From an uncultured bacterium (GTDB lineage: Bacteria; Patescibacteriota; JACMRA01), in assembly GCA_963704645.1 (NCBI GenBank), contig OY969926.1:1056001-1120000 (forward strand): a stretch of 64,000 bases of DNA, given 5' to 3'. Every line of letters begins with the position of its first letter. The stretch's first letter is position 1. The position numbers and the translations under genes were made by a program. Of the stretch, positions 20,982 through 31,937 are shown piece by piece. The notes beneath the pieces are model-generated. The model did no database searches and had not been told where the DNA came from. It saw only the letters and a program-made list of their open reading frames with translations.

Positions 20982-21944
20982 CTATTCCCGTTCAGAAACA
21001 TATTGAGCCAATTTCAACAAATTCCAAAACAAGCACAAAACTGTTAGCGGGCCAATTCCCCCTGGGCTTGGACACAAAACTACGTTTTCAGATAAATTAT
21101 TTTTATCTACATCACCAATTAGACTTCCTTCTACATCGCTAGTTCCTGCATCAATAACTATAGCATCATCTTTTAACCAGCTAGAATTAATTAGATTTGG
21201 AACGCCTACCCCAGAAATTACAATGTCAGCTTGTTTGGTTAAAGTCTCTGGGTTTTTTGTATCTTTGTTTATAGAAATAATTGTAGCCTCAGTTTTAGCC
21301 AGCCAATTTAAAGTTGGGCTTCCCACCAATTTCCCTTGCCCTACAACAGCCACAGTTTTGCCCTTTAAATTAATTTTATCAGGAATTATCTTTTCATCAA
21401 CAACCAAATTTGTTTTTGAATCAAACTCAGATATTTGGCTTGATTTTGATGTTTCTTCTGTTTTCTGAACTGCAGATTTAGAATTTATGATTTCGTATAA
21501 ACATAGCTGAATGGCCTGTACTGTTGGCCAAAATATATTTTTATTCAACAAATTCGGCCAGTTATTAGATAGTAAATCTACGTCAGAAAAAACTGGAACT
21601 TGTTCAATATATTTTGCAAATTCTTGAGCTAAGGGAAGTTGGAAAATTATTCCTTGGTATGAACTTGATTCTAATTTGGATAACTCTATCACTTTCAATA
21701 AAGACTGTATTTTGAAATGAATATCTTCTTCTTGCCCAGAAAACTTATGTATCACAACTTTCACCCCAAGCTCGGCCCCAAGTTTTTGCTTTAAATTAAC
21801 GTATTTTATAGAACTTAAATTGTCTCCAATTAAAACAATATTTAAAACCAAAGGCAAATATAGCTTATTGTATTCAGCAATTTCTGATATTAAAAAGTTT
21901 TTTAATCTAAGCTTTAAACTAGCGTTACTAAAAATTGTACTCAC
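20982..21944 (-). CDS. folD: Methylenetetrahydrofolate dehydrogenase/cyclohydrolase
   Basis: GIIFQLPL, DVD, VVGQGKLVGSP, VIDAG, GDVD, PGGIGPLT. Confidence 0.92.
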   Translation of the reverse strand: MSTIFSNASLKLRLKNFLISEIAEYNKLYLPLVLNIVLIGDNLSSIKYVNLKQKLGAELGVKVVIHKFSGQEEDIHFKIQSLLKVIELSKLESSSYQGIIFQLPLAQEFAKYIEQVPVFSDVDLLSNNWPNLLNKNIFWPTVQAIQLCLYEIINSKSAVQKTEETSKSSQISEFDSKTNLVVDEKIIPDKINLKGKTVAVVGQGKLVGSPTLNWLAKTEATIISINKDTKNPETLTKQADIVISGVGVPNLINSSWLKDDAIVIDAGTSDVEGSLIGDVDKNNLSENVVLCPSPGGIGPLTVLCLFWNLLKLAQYVSERE

Positions 21945-22025
21945 AATATTCTAATACAAAACCAAACAATATATGGCAAGTATAGGTATTAATTATCAAT
22001 CAGATTAGCGAGGTACCTACTAACA

Positions 22026-22051
22026 TGTCACCCTTGTATATGTCCTAAATT
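22026..22051 (+). mobile_element. Stub of the IS481 left end joined to a repeat-A half-site
   Basis: tgtcaccct|tgtatatgtcctaaatt matches the junction at 41133-41158 with one mismatch; no further IS sequence follows. Confidence 0.8.
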
Positions 22052-22078
22052 ACAAAACTACAACCCGCTATCCCCACC

Positions 22079-22675
22079 CTAGTAAACCACTTTACAAACT
22101 TCTAGCTGAATTCCACTAACCGAATATTTTTCTTTAGTAAAATGAAATGGGCTTGGACTAACCAATTTGTTACAGGCTTCTTTGGTAACTAAAATTTCAC
22201 CTTTTTCTGCAATATCTTCACCTAGCTTGCTGGCCAAATTAATGGCGTCACCAAAAGCGTCTTTACCTTCAATTAGCAAAATATTTCCATAAGAAATGCC
22301 AATACTAACCGCTAAATCTTTAGTATCTTCTGTTAAAGTGTTCATAGCTTGCAAGGCAATATTTATAGAAATTGCTGCTTGAATTGCTTCTTCCACAGTA
22401 TTAAAAACTGCAAACAAATTATCGGCTTCAAACTTTACAACCGAACCTTTAAACCTTTCCACAATAGGTGCCGTAGCTAATTGCATTCGCCTAATCATTC
22501 CTAAAAAATGTGTTAAACCATGCTTTTGGGTTAGAAAAGTAAAACCAGACATATCTAAAGACATCACAGCTTTGTCTTGCCCATATTTTTCCCAAAGTTT
22601 AGCCTCGGCTTGTTTAATATTTTCAGCACCACTGGCTATATTGTATTCATCTATAAGCTTGTAGAAAGATTGCAT
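22079..22675 (-). CDS. Stand-alone class III adenylate/guanylate cyclase
   Basis: LDMSGFT, VKFEADNLFAVF, IGISYG, FGDAINLASKL. Confidence 0.9.
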   Translation of the reverse strand: MQSFYKLIDEYNIASGAENIKQAEAKLWEKYGQDKAVMSLDMSGFTFLTQKHGLTHFLGMIRRMQLATAPIVERFKGSVVKFEADNLFAVFNTVEEAIQAAISINIALQAMNTLTEDTKDLAVSIGISYGNILLIEGKDAFGDAINLASKLGEDIAEKGEILVTKEACNKLVSPSPFHFTKEKYSVSGIQLEVCKVVY

Positions 22676-22802
22676 ATTAGAATTGTTTTTCTGTTTAATA
22701 AGAAGTTTGGTTTAAGGAAATTGTCAAAAGTACGCAAATAATTTTGCTCTAAATTTTAGCAAATAAAAAATAATTTGTTTAAATTGAAAAAGTGTATATA
22801 CT

Positions 22803-23234
22803 ATGTTGTATCTTACACGATACTTTAACCAAATTAAAAAGAGGAAAGTCTTGATAAAATATGTTGTCATTGATGATCAAAGTGTCTATGCAAAACCAAT
22901 AGACCCAGACAATAGTCAAAATCCTATTTTGATAAATCTATGCAGACAAAATTTTGATCTGATCTTTTTTGGGAAAATTGACGAACCAATGGTTAACAGT
23001 TTACACCCATGGAATACTGATGGAGCTGTGATAAAATCTGATGCACCATTTGGAAGAGACCACCTTTCAATTCCATTTGTAAATAAAGTTTACCTAACAG
23101 CAAAAAACGTAGACCAAATTATTCCAGGATCTCCAATTTTATTAAAAATTGATTTTAATCTAAACGGAAAAGAGGATGATGTTTGGGCTTTTGAAGTTAC
23201 AGGCATTATAACCACCGAACTTGGAACATATTAA
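22803..23234 (+). CDS. Hypothetical protein
   Basis: 143-aa ORF followed by a hairpin. Confidence 0.55.
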   Translation: MLYLTRYFNQIKKRKVLIKYVVIDDQSVYAKPIDPDNSQNPILINLCRQNFDLIFFGKIDEPMVNSLHPWNTDGAVIKSDAPFGRDHLSIPFVNKVYLTAKNVDQIIPGSPILLKIDFNLNGKEDDVWAFEVTGIITTELGTY

Positions 23235-23355
23235 ATTCTATCTAACCAACCCACCACATCTAATAAATTGGCGGGTTTAATTTTTTCCCAAAAAAAGTTA
23301 CTCGAATACCAACCTTTGACAACCCACCCACCACAAACTAAAACCAAAATGTAAT

Positions 23356-25635
23356 ATGAGTGTGAAACTTCTAAAATTTGAACATCAGTTGGGTGAAATT
23401 GATTGGTTAGTGGAACAGGTTCAAAAGCAAATTGAAAATGGAGTACTTCCGGCCGAAATTGCAATTATTGCCCCAAAGCATAAATACTTGGAAACCATCA
23501 CCAAATTTTTATTAGAAAAAAACATTCCTGTAAGTTATATTCGTGAAAATTCTGTGCTTGAAGAACCAACTATTGTGGCACTTTTAGACATGGTAAAATT
23601 AACCCATTTTATAATTACCAACCCAGAACAAGCCAATGTTTACTGGCTAAAAGTTTTGTCTAACCCTTGTTGGAATTTGTCTGCTTCAACTATTTCCAAA
23701 TTATCTTTAATTACTTTTTATTCAAGGTTAAGCTGGCAAGAAACTTTAGGCTTAATTGAAATTGGTAGGACAAATATAGCTTCAAATAAATTGGCTAGTG
23801 AAGGTAAAAGGGAGCAGAAAAGTGGCGTCAACAATAATGCTTTAGATTATATTGCAAGTTATACTCTAGAGGGTATTTCAAACGATGATGTCGGTGGCTC
23901 TGCAAACAATATTTTAAGAAATGTTATAGATGATGTTCTAATTGCTAAACCACATTTGCAGCTTACTGAGACCGAGGTGAAACAAGTGTCTTCAATTTCC
24001 AAATTCTTCATCGAAATTTCAAAAACAGCTTTGCAAGAACCAGCCGAGCAAATTTTAAACCGTTTACTTGGTGTTGAAAATGTACAAATTGGAGCAGAAG
24101 AAGAAACCGACGACGAAATAGAATTAGGTTTAATAGAAAATGATAACTTCGATTTTAATTCTACAACACAAAACTTAAACCAGAAAAAAACTCAAACTTT
24201 TGTTTCACCTTTCAAGCAATATTACTTTGATACAGCCAGAAATAATAATGATAAAAACTACTTAATTTTCTTAGCCAATTTACGGGTTTTGGTAGACCAG
24301 CTTCGTAAAATGAATTCGGCTGAACAAATTTTAATTAGTCATTGGCTAGAATCTTTAGCCATTTTAAATGCCAGACAAAAGCCCTTGGTTTCTAAATTAA
24401 GCATAGGAAATTCAAGCCAATCTGTAAATTTAATTACGGCGCATTCTGCTAAAGGTTTAGAGTTTGAAACTGTTTTCTTGGTGCACTGTAATAAAAGTGT
24501 TTGGAGCAGTAAAGGTAAAAATACAATACTTTCTTTGCCGAAAAACCTTAATTTACAATCAGAAGCCGAGAACAGAGATGACCAAATTAGGCTATTTTTC
24601 GTGTCTCTAACAAGAGCAAAACGTAATTTGTTTTTAAGCTATTCCAATTTAAGTTTGCAAGATGAACAATTAGAAAAACTAACCTTCCTTGATGAAAGTA
24701 GCCTTGAAGAAGAGGTAGTTGAAAAAGAAATTTTGCCTTTAAATTTACATTGGTTTAATTTGAAAAGCCAAGAAAACCTGTTAACCTTAACCGAAACGGA
24801 ATTTCTAGCCCCAGAGCTTCAGGGCTACCAATTAAGCGTTACCCATTTAAACAACTTTTTGGACATTGAAAAAGGCGGGCCAAACTATTTTTTGTCTACC
24901 AATTTACTAAGATTTCCTATGGCTAAAAGTGAATCGGCTGTTTTTGGAACTTTAATGCACGAAAGCATGGCCAATTTCTATAAACAATTTGCTTCCACCA
25001 AAACTTTGCCAGATTTTGACTATTTGCTAACTTCCTTTAAAACATTATTGAACAGGCAAAAAATTAGTAAGAACCAAAAAGAAAAAGACTTTAAAAAAGC
25101 CAGCAGGTACTTAAAAGATTATTATGAAAATAGAAAAGATGAGTTCAATTTTAACCACAAAATTGAGTTTGACTTTAAAAACCAAGGCGTTCTTTTAGGC
25201 CAAGCAAAATTGTCTGGTAAAATAGATAAAATGGTTATAAATGAAGAAAATAAAACTATTTCAGTTATAGATTTAAAAACTGGGAAATATATTCCAAAGT
25301 GGGTTGAAAAGGGAACAAGTTACGAAGCCGAAAAGTCTGATAATTACAAAAGACAATTGGTTTTTTACAAACTTTTAGTAGAAAATTCCCGCGAGTTTAA
25401 AGGCAAATACATTGTAGATAGCGGCGCCCTAGACTTTTTAGAATCAGATTTGGACACTGGTTTAGTTCATTGTTTAGAGACTAGTATTTCAAACCACGAG
25501 GCGGAACAATTAGAATTATTAATTCAAAAGATTTGGGCCAGAATTATGAAATTAGACTTTTCTTTACCCAGCCAAAAGTACGACAAAGGCTTAGCAGGAA
25601 AACAACAATTTATTCAAGAATTGCTAGCGGAATAA
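23356..25635 (+). CDS. UvrD/PcrA-like helicase C-terminal half fused to a PD-(D/E)XK nuclease
   Basis: Begins in domain 2A (GEIDWL..EIAII); motif V TAHSAKGLEFETVFL; motif VI RLFFVSLTRAK; LSVTHL..FGT..H..GKIDK..VIDLKTG..QL..Y. No Walker A/B. Confidence 0.92.
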   Translation: MSVKLLKFEHQLGEIDWLVEQVQKQIENGVLPAEIAIIAPKHKYLETITKFLLEKNIPVSYIRENSVLEEPTIVALLDMVKLTHFIITNPEQANVYWLKVLSNPCWNLSASTISKLSLITFYSRLSWQETLGLIEIGRTNIASNKLASEGKREQKSGVNNNALDYIASYTLEGISNDDVGGSANNILRNVIDDVLIAKPHLQLTETEVKQVSSISKFFIEISKTALQEPAEQILNRLLGVENVQIGAEEETDDEIELGLIENDNFDFNSTTQNLNQKKTQTFVSPFKQYYFDTARNNNDKNYLIFLANLRVLVDQLRKMNSAEQILISHWLESLAILNARQKPLVSKLSIGNSSQSVNLITAHSAKGLEFETVFLVHCNKSVWSSKGKNTILSLPKNLNLQSEAENRDDQIRLFFVSLTRAKRNLFLSYSNLSLQDEQLEKLTFLDESSLEEEVVEKEILPLNLHWFNLKSQENLLTLTETEFLAPELQGYQLSVTHLNNFLDIEKGGPNYFLSTNLLRFPMAKSESAVFGTLMHESMANFYKQFASTKTLPDFDYLLTSFKTLLNRQKISKNQKEKDFKKASRYLKDYYENRKDEFNFNHKIEFDFKNQGVLLGQAKLSGKIDKMVINEENKTISVIDLKTGKYIPKWVEKGTSYEAEKSDNYKRQLVFYKLLVENSREFKGKYIVDSGALDFLESDLDTGLVHCLETSISNHEAEQLELLIQKIWARIMKLDFSLPSQKYDKGLAGKQQFIQELLAE

Positions 25636-25730
25636 GCTAAATCATAGGAAAATATCTCGAGTCTCGATGTTAAGTTTTTTTTCAAACATATAGTCATCAT
25701 AGATTTTAACAAAATCACTCCTAAATTCTC

Positions 25731-25766
25731 GAGCCTGTCACCCTGAATTTATTTCAGGGTATAAGT
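25731..25766 (+). repeat. Palindromic repeat family A, empty copy 4
   Basis: gagcctgtcaccctgaatttatttcagggtataag. Confidence 0.9.
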
Positions 25767-25902
25767 GTATAAATATGATAAATTAGTTTCAGGTTTAGTA
25801 TTTTATAAAGAGAATGCAATGGAACAAACCTTGCACACCATAGTTTTTTGTGCTACCAACAATATATACCAATTCGGTACAAATTTACTTTGAGATAAAA
25901 AA

Positions 25903-26307
25903 ATGGATTTACTCAGTATTCCTGACAATACAACTATCAAAGTTGAAGCTAAAATACCGTCCCACACTATTGTGGCAATTAAAACGGACCATTCTGCCCA
26001 AACCTGCGAGATTGATGTTGAAGAACTACCAATTTCTATAGTGCTGATCAATAACCCATATTCTGGTGGAGAGAACGACAAAGTTCAGCGCTCTGGATTA
26101 CTAGAAATTTTTGACATTAGAAGATTCGATATAACATTGGTGCACAATGTCAATTTTATACAGGAAGTTCTAAGTGTCCCGGAGGTGCAAATTATCACTT
26201 CTAATCTTATCGTTTTTAGTGGAATTTTCTGGATGTATGCAGATCCAAGTAATGCGTGGGTATTTCAAATTGAAGTACCAGCAACTATTACAATTGATAA
26301 TTTATAA
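25903..26307 (+). CDS. Hypothetical protein
   Basis: 134-aa ORF followed by a long hairpin and T-run. Confidence 0.55.
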   Translation: MDLLSIPDNTTIKVEAKIPSHTIVAIKTDHSAQTCEIDVEELPISIVLINNPYSGGENDKVQRSGLLEIFDIRRFDITLVHNVNFIQEVLSVPEVQIITSNLIVFSGIFWMYADPSNAWVFQIEVPATITIDNL

Positions 26308-26529
26308 TAAAACTTATAACAACCACCCAAATTACCAAACAACTTCATAAGTTTAAGGTAGGGTGGCTTTTTTATTCCCAAAATTAATTAATGCGAATTT
26401 TTGATATTTCCAAACATACCAACTTCTTTTGACCGAACTTAATTTATTGGTCATAATAAGTAAAATTGCTAAAATAGTATCTTAAATACAACCTAAACAA
26501 AGAACAATAACACATAAATTTAGATTAAC

Positions 26530-27240
26530 ATGGACAGCCAGCTACAGACTTTAATTCAGAATACTCCTCATCTTTCTTTGGGGGATAAGTCTTTTTTGGT
26601 AGAAAAAATACACATGATGTCTCCTTTAGACAAACTAAAGTTAAGACAAAGTATTGAAACTGGCGTAGCCCCAGCTATTTTGCAACAACTACAATTAACC
26701 AGAGCCAAATTCTTCGACCAAGAAATTCCTAAACCCCCAGACGCTATTACCAAAGTAATTAACTCTGTTATTCCACCTAAGCCTAAAAAGGTAATTAGTT
26801 TCAGCGTTTTAAGTCAGCCTAACCTGCTTGGCGGACCAGTTCCACAAGCTGTAACTACAGACAAAGTTGCCGTAATTCAAAATTTATCTCAGTTTAACCA
26901 CCCTGCCCAGCTTTCCCAGCTGCACCCAAACCATGTAACTTTTAGTATTAATGATAACGCCGACCAGCTTATTCAAAATTTTCTAAACCAGCTAGACAGT
27001 GTATTCGAGAAAATTCCTAGTTTAAACGTTAGAAGATGCTATTTCATGAATTACCTGCAGTCGCCTTTATTTAGCAGTTATTTAAACACAGGTTTAACAG
27101 CACTTCGACACCCTGAATTGGAGCCAGCCAAAATTATTTTTAATTTGTTATATCAAATTGATCCAAACTATTTAAACACCAAGCAATTCACTCAAGCGGC
27201 CACGATTTCCAACCATTTAAGAGGTTTGTGCGGAATTTAA
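26530..27240 (+). CDS. Hypothetical protein
   Basis: 236-aa ORF with host-like composition. Confidence 0.7.
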   Translation: MDSQLQTLIQNTPHLSLGDKSFLVEKIHMMSPLDKLKLRQSIETGVAPAILQQLQLTRAKFFDQEIPKPPDAITKVINSVIPPKPKKVISFSVLSQPNLLGGPVPQAVTTDKVAVIQNLSQFNHPAQLSQLHPNHVTFSINDNADQLIQNFLNQLDSVFEKIPSLNVRRCYFMNYLQSPLFSSYLNTGLTALRHPELEPAKIIFNLLYQIDPNYLNTKQFTQAATISNHLRGLCGI

Positions 27241-27392
27241 AAAAAAGATTAAATAATTTAAGTGGCCGTGTTTGCTTGAGCCAATTTTGACAAGCTATTT
27301 AAAAAAATAACAAACTACATTTATCACCTTGCCTACAACTAGATCTTCAATAAAAATTAAAATTAACTAAACAACTAAATTAAATAAACAAT

Positions 27393-28052
27393 ATGTCCGC
27401 CAAAAAAGTACAATCTATTTTAAGCTTAATAGAAATTATTGAAAGCAACCTAAAAACTGCCAGAATTTTACTTACGCAACTAGCAGATGAAAAAGGAATT
27501 TCCACAACAACCGCTTCTACCCGCCCAGTAGCTAAAAGTGTAGATGAAGCCGAGGCTTTAGAAGTTGTAGAAGGTTACTTCGACGGCCAACAAATGATTG
27601 GTGACAACGGCCAAGTTTACATTGTTCCAGCTAACTATGCAAGTAAAACTCAGCTTGTGGTTGGAGATAGATTGAAATGGATTTTAACTCCGGAACGTGA
27701 AATTTATAAACCAATTTTACTTGCTCCAAGAGAAAGAGTTATTGGAACATTTACCGTTGAAGGAGAAGATTTTGTAGTTTTAGTAGATAAATTAGCCAGA
27801 CCTGTTAAAATTTTGAAGGCCAGTGCAACCTACGCAATTAAAAACCTTGGCTTACAAATTGGTGACGAAGTTTCCATTACCATTCCAAAAGAAGCAACGC
27901 CAACATGGGGAGCTTTTGGCAGTGTAGTAAAATCTGGTAGCAAAGATAAGGCAGTACTTGAAACTTCTAATGTTTCACAAGCACCTGCAGAATTAGATAA
28001 TTTAGAAGAATTTAAGCTTAACTCCTCAGACAATTTAAACGACTACTTCTAG
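27393..28052 (+). CDS. Conserved hypothetical protein
   Basis: VEGYFDGQQMIG..G..Y.VPANYASKTQLVVGDRLK motif, which I recall from CPR genomes; function unknown. Confidence 0.75.
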   Translation: MSAKKVQSILSLIEIIESNLKTARILLTQLADEKGISTTTASTRPVAKSVDEAEALEVVEGYFDGQQMIGDNGQVYIVPANYASKTQLVVGDRLKWILTPEREIYKPILLAPRERVIGTFTVEGEDFVVLVDKLARPVKILKASATYAIKNLGLQIGDEVSITIPKEATPTWGAFGSVVKSGSKDKAVLETSNVSQAPAELDNLEEFKLNSSDNLNDYF

Positions 28053-28068
28053 GAATTTCTGAACAGAA

Positions 28069-29604
28069 TTGAAATTTATGAAAACAATTTTCCGTTCATT
28101 AAAAAAAGTTTTAGGCCCAAATTTAACCAATCAAGTAAGGCCATTGGGTCATGGTGTTAAGGGAATATTATCTAACTTTTGGTTTGGAAGTCCAACGCAC
28201 CAATTTACCTTAAGAGAAGTTTTTGGTAAATTAGTTGATTATCCTTTTTTCAACCCTGATATTAAATTAATTGGAATAAATGGAACCAAGGGTAAAACTA
28301 GCACTACAATTTTTACTGCCAAACTTTTAAATGCTGCTGGTATAAAAACCGGTTTTATTTCTACAGCTTTAATATATGACGGCGAAGATGAATTTTTAAA
28401 CCCTTATAAAATGGGTACTATTGATAGCTGGAAAATGAACCAGTTATTAGATAAAATGAGGTATAATAGATGTGATGTGATTGTTTTGGAAATGACTAGT
28501 CAGGGTTTAGAGCAAAACAGACACTGGGGTTTAAACAAATTTGGTACAGCTGTTTTTCTAAATGCTTTCCCAGAACATATTGAAGCCCACGGTAGCTGGG
28601 AAAAATACTTGCAAGCTAAAAGTAAATTATTTTCTCACACTAAAAAAGGAGCTAATATTTTTATTAATGGAGAAACAAAACAAGTTGAAAATTTTAACCA
28701 AATTACTGAAAATGTTAAAACAAGCCTATCCGATTCTTGGAATTTAGAAAAAATTGTAGAAGGCCAAGATTTTGAAATAATAAAAAATGATAACATATAT
28801 TTAAGTATTAAAATTAATGAAGTTATTTACCCAACTAAATTAGTAGCTAATTTTGAAGCTTTAGATTTATTTTTTGCTTGGAAAGTAGCAAGTTTGTATT
28901 CCAAAAATTTATTAGATTCTAAAGTAATTGCTAAAATATTTTCTGAAGTTGGGAATTTACCTGGCAGAATGGAATGGGTTATAAAAAATGGCCAGCAGGT
29001 TTATAAATCTGAAATTAATGAGGACAAGTCGTTAACTTCTAAACAAAAAGTGGATGGAGATCTTAGTGCAGATTCCTATACTGCTACATCAATTGAAAGT
29101 CTGACAAAAAATGGAGAAAAGAGCTTAGAAAATCTATCAATAATTGTAGATTACGCTCATGAGCCGGAAAGTTTAAAGTTAGTTCTAAATACTTTTCTTG
29201 AATGGAAAAAACAAAACAGGTTTGACTATATTATTCACGTTTTATCTTGCGACGGCGTTGGAAGAGATGATTGGAAAAAGCCAATCCTAGGAGATTTAAG
29301 CTATGAAAAAGCAGACTTCACAGTTTTAACAACAGACAATTATGGTGTTGATGATGATCCAAATGCAATAGTTAAACTTCTTTCACAGAATTACGATGTT
29401 AATTTAAATGGTACAAAATTTGTCTCAGACATTAACAGATTTCATGCTTTTAAACTGGCTTTAAATCAAGCTCAAAAAGTAGCATTAACTGGGAAAAAAG
29501 TTCTAGTATTTTCTACAGGTGTTGGAACAGAATTTGGCTTAACCCAACCAACTGGAATACTTGAATGGGATGAAAGACAAAAATGGTTGAAGGCCTATGA
29601 ATAA
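28069..29604 (+). CDS. murE: MurE-type Mur ligase
   Basis: GINGTKGKTST, LEMTSQGLEQNR, PEHIEAHGS, PGRME, VDYAHEP, GRD..K. Confidence 0.85.
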   Translation: MKFMKTIFRSLKKVLGPNLTNQVRPLGHGVKGILSNFWFGSPTHQFTLREVFGKLVDYPFFNPDIKLIGINGTKGKTSTTIFTAKLLNAAGIKTGFISTALIYDGEDEFLNPYKMGTIDSWKMNQLLDKMRYNRCDVIVLEMTSQGLEQNRHWGLNKFGTAVFLNAFPEHIEAHGSWEKYLQAKSKLFSHTKKGANIFINGETKQVENFNQITENVKTSLSDSWNLEKIVEGQDFEIIKNDNIYLSIKINEVIYPTKLVANFEALDLFFAWKVASLYSKNLLDSKVIAKIFSEVGNLPGRMEWVIKNGQQVYKSEINEDKSLTSKQKVDGDLSADSYTATSIESLTKNGEKSLENLSIIVDYAHEPESLKLVLNTFLEWKKQNRFDYIIHVLSCDGVGRDDWKKPILGDLSYEKADFTVLTTDNYGVDDDPNAIVKLLSQNYDVNLNGTKFVSDINRFHAFKLALNQAQKVALTGKKVLVFSTGVGTEFGLTQPTGILEWDERQKWLKAYE

Positions 29605-30961
29605 CTCACCCTGGCTTCATAATTTTGAATACAAAAGAAAAGTAAATTTTCTTAATCACAACCAAGATGTTGATATTTTAATTGTTGGTGGTGGAATTGC
29701 CGGAGTTTCAACAGCTTACTATTTACTGAAAAATACAAACAGTCGGGTTGGTATAATTGATGCTGGTAAAATTGCTCATGGCGCAACAGGGCACAATGCT
29801 GGGCAAATTGTTGGGGTTTTTGAAAGGCCTTTTTCTGACATTGTGAATGAATTTGGTTTAGAACTTTCTTTACAGGCGCAAACAGATATCAATTCTGGCT
29901 GGGAATTGCTAGATGAAATATTTTTTAATGAAGATTTAAAAACAGGCTATGCCAAAGTAAACGGCTACGCCGGTGTTAAAAATTGGGGTCAAGCAGAAAA
30001 CTTTTTACTAAACAAAAAAATTACAGATTCAAACAATTTACATTCTAGCACAGCCTTAATTAGTAAACAATTTGTAGAAAAAAATGGTATTCCCGAACAG
30101 TATTTAAGCATATTTCAGGAAATAGACGAGCAGGAAATATGGAAAATATTAGAAACAAACAACAAAGAATACTTTGCAGCTTTTGGTATTAGAAAAGGTG
30201 TTATGAATAGTGCCCAATTCTGTGAAGAAATGATAACCAAACTTAACTTAGAGTATTCCAACAGATTTACAGTTTGGGAAGACTCTTCAATTAAAGAAAT
30301 TATTTTACAAGAGGATTCAGTTTTATCTATTTCAGAAGCCGCTTTTGTTAATTCTAAAAAACTTATTTTATGCACCAATGGTTTTGAACATATTAAAATA
30401 AGTAACGAAGGAGGAAGAGATGTTTATAAAAAATTTAGGAAAAATGTAAGTGGCCGTATTGGCTATATGGCTGGATATGTTGAAGAAAAACAAAGAGCAC
30501 CTATAGCCACAAGTTACATTGTTTCTTCTTCCATCACCTCCGTATCAACCGCAGATGCCGACCCATATTACTATGTAACAAGAAGAGATTATGAATATTC
30601 AATAAATAAGCACAGCAGTTTGGTTTGCATTGGAGGACCAGAAAAAGCACTCCCAAATTCAGAACATTACCAAAAAGTTTTTAACGTACCAGAAAATTAT
30701 TACAGTGAAATAAGTCAATTTCTTCATAAAAATTTTGCATACGCACCAACTAGAATTGATTATAATTTCAAATGGCACGGACTAATGGGATACACTCAAA
30801 ACGGTATACGCTTAATTGGGCCAGAACCCGAGAACAAAAACCTACTCTACAATTTAGGCTGTAATGGAATTGGTATTTTGCCTTCCATTTACGGTGGTTG
30901 GAAAATTAGTCAATTTATTCTAAACAAGATAAAAACAAAATCCATCTTCGACCCAATATAA
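29597..30961 (+). CDS. FAD-dependent oxidoreductase (DAO/DadA-like)
   Basis: IVGGGIAG, GATGHNAG, W.GLMGYT, GCNGIG. Confidence 0.88.
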   Translation: MNNSPWLHNFEYKRKVNFLNHNQDVDILIVGGGIAGVSTAYYLLKNTNSRVGIIDAGKIAHGATGHNAGQIVGVFERPFSDIVNEFGLELSLQAQTDINSGWELLDEIFFNEDLKTGYAKVNGYAGVKNWGQAENFLLNKKITDSNNLHSSTALISKQFVEKNGIPEQYLSIFQEIDEQEIWKILETNNKEYFAAFGIRKGVMNSAQFCEEMITKLNLEYSNRFTVWEDSSIKEIILQEDSVLSISEAAFVNSKKLILCTNGFEHIKISNEGGRDVYKKFRKNVSGRIGYMAGYVEEKQRAPIATSYIVSSSITSVSTADADPYYYVTRRDYEYSINKHSSLVCIGGPEKALPNSEHYQKVFNVPENYYSEISQFLHKNFAYAPTRIDYNFKWHGLMGYTQNGIRLIGPEPENKNLLYNLGCNGIGILPSIYGGWKISQFILNKIKTKSIFDPI

Positions 30962-30970
30962 AAAATCGTC

Positions 30971-31054
30971 GTAGCGGCGACCCCACGTCGCCAAAATATT
31001 TTTGAATAAGTGAGAGAGATTCCAAAGAAACCAGTAGCGGCGAAGCTTGCGAGC
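30971..31054 (+). repeat. Two GTAG-type REP-like elements
   Basis: gtagcggcgaccccacgtcgcca (30971) and gtagcggcgaagcttgc (31034). Confidence 0.55.
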
Positions 31055-31144
31055 ATACGTGGTAAAAAATGAGGTGCGTCTCTAACAATATGTTTTAAAA
31101 TTAACCAATGTATCGGCAAGCCTATCTAGCCATTTACACTCAAA

Positions 31145-31873
31145 TTAACTTGCTGAAGCCTGAGGTTCCAAATAAAACTTATCCAAACAATTCTTAATAC
31201 TTTGCCTAACTTCTTGTACCGATTCAGATGCGTCAATAGCAAAAATATGGGCCATAGCTTCTAGTTGATAAATAAACAAAATTTTAGCGAAACACTTTTT
31301 ATATAAATTTCTATATCTAGCTACAGTCTTTTCAGCGTCCATATCCTCAGGTCTTTGAAATGGAGTTTGACCTAACTCACATTTTTCTAAAGCAGATTCA
31401 TAACTTGAGAATGGTTCAGTGTTGTTTGGAGCATAAAACCTGGTTTTAACTCTGTTTAAAATATCTTCTAAACTTAAATGCAAATGAAAGATTGTAACAG
31501 ATAAATTATTTTTAGCCAGAAATGATGACAGCCAATAAGCCTCAGTAATTTGCCTTCCAGGACCTTCAATTATTAAACCTTTTCCTTTTCTCACTGCATC
31601 AATAATTTTGTTTTCCACAACATATTTTAAATCTTCAAAATTTACTGGGCCAGTTTGCATTTCGTTTTCAATGCTTTTTGCTTTGGCATAATTTAAATCT
31701 GAACTTCCTTTTGATAAGGTTATTTTAACGAATTCACGTAACTCTGTTCCAAAGTCTAAATGCTCATATTCAGGTAAATATTCTTTCAAAAATTTGGTTT
31801 GCGTACCTTTTCCAGCAGCTGGTGGGCCATATAAAATTATAATCTTAGGAAAACTTGAACGCGTATGTGTCAT
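31145..31873 (-). CDS. adk: Adenylate kinase family protein
   Basis: GPPAAGKGTQ P-loop, G.ELR, IIEGPGR, QRPED; divergent. Confidence 0.8.
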   Translation of the reverse strand: MTHTRSSFPKIIILYGPPAAGKGTQTKFLKEYLPEYEHLDFGTELREFVKITLSKGSSDLNYAKAKSIENEMQTGPVNFEDLKYVVENKIIDAVRKGKGLIIEGPGRQITEAYWLSSFLAKNNLSVTIFHLHLSLEDILNRVKTRFYAPNNTEPFSSYESALEKCELGQTPFQRPEDMDAEKTVARYRNLYKKCFAKILFIYQLEAMAHIFAIDASESVQEVRQSIKNCLDKFYLEPQASAS

Positions 31874-31937
31874 AAGATTATGTTAAACCACCTTTACATT
31901 TATTGCAAACACTTTAAAAATAAGATATAATAGGTTT

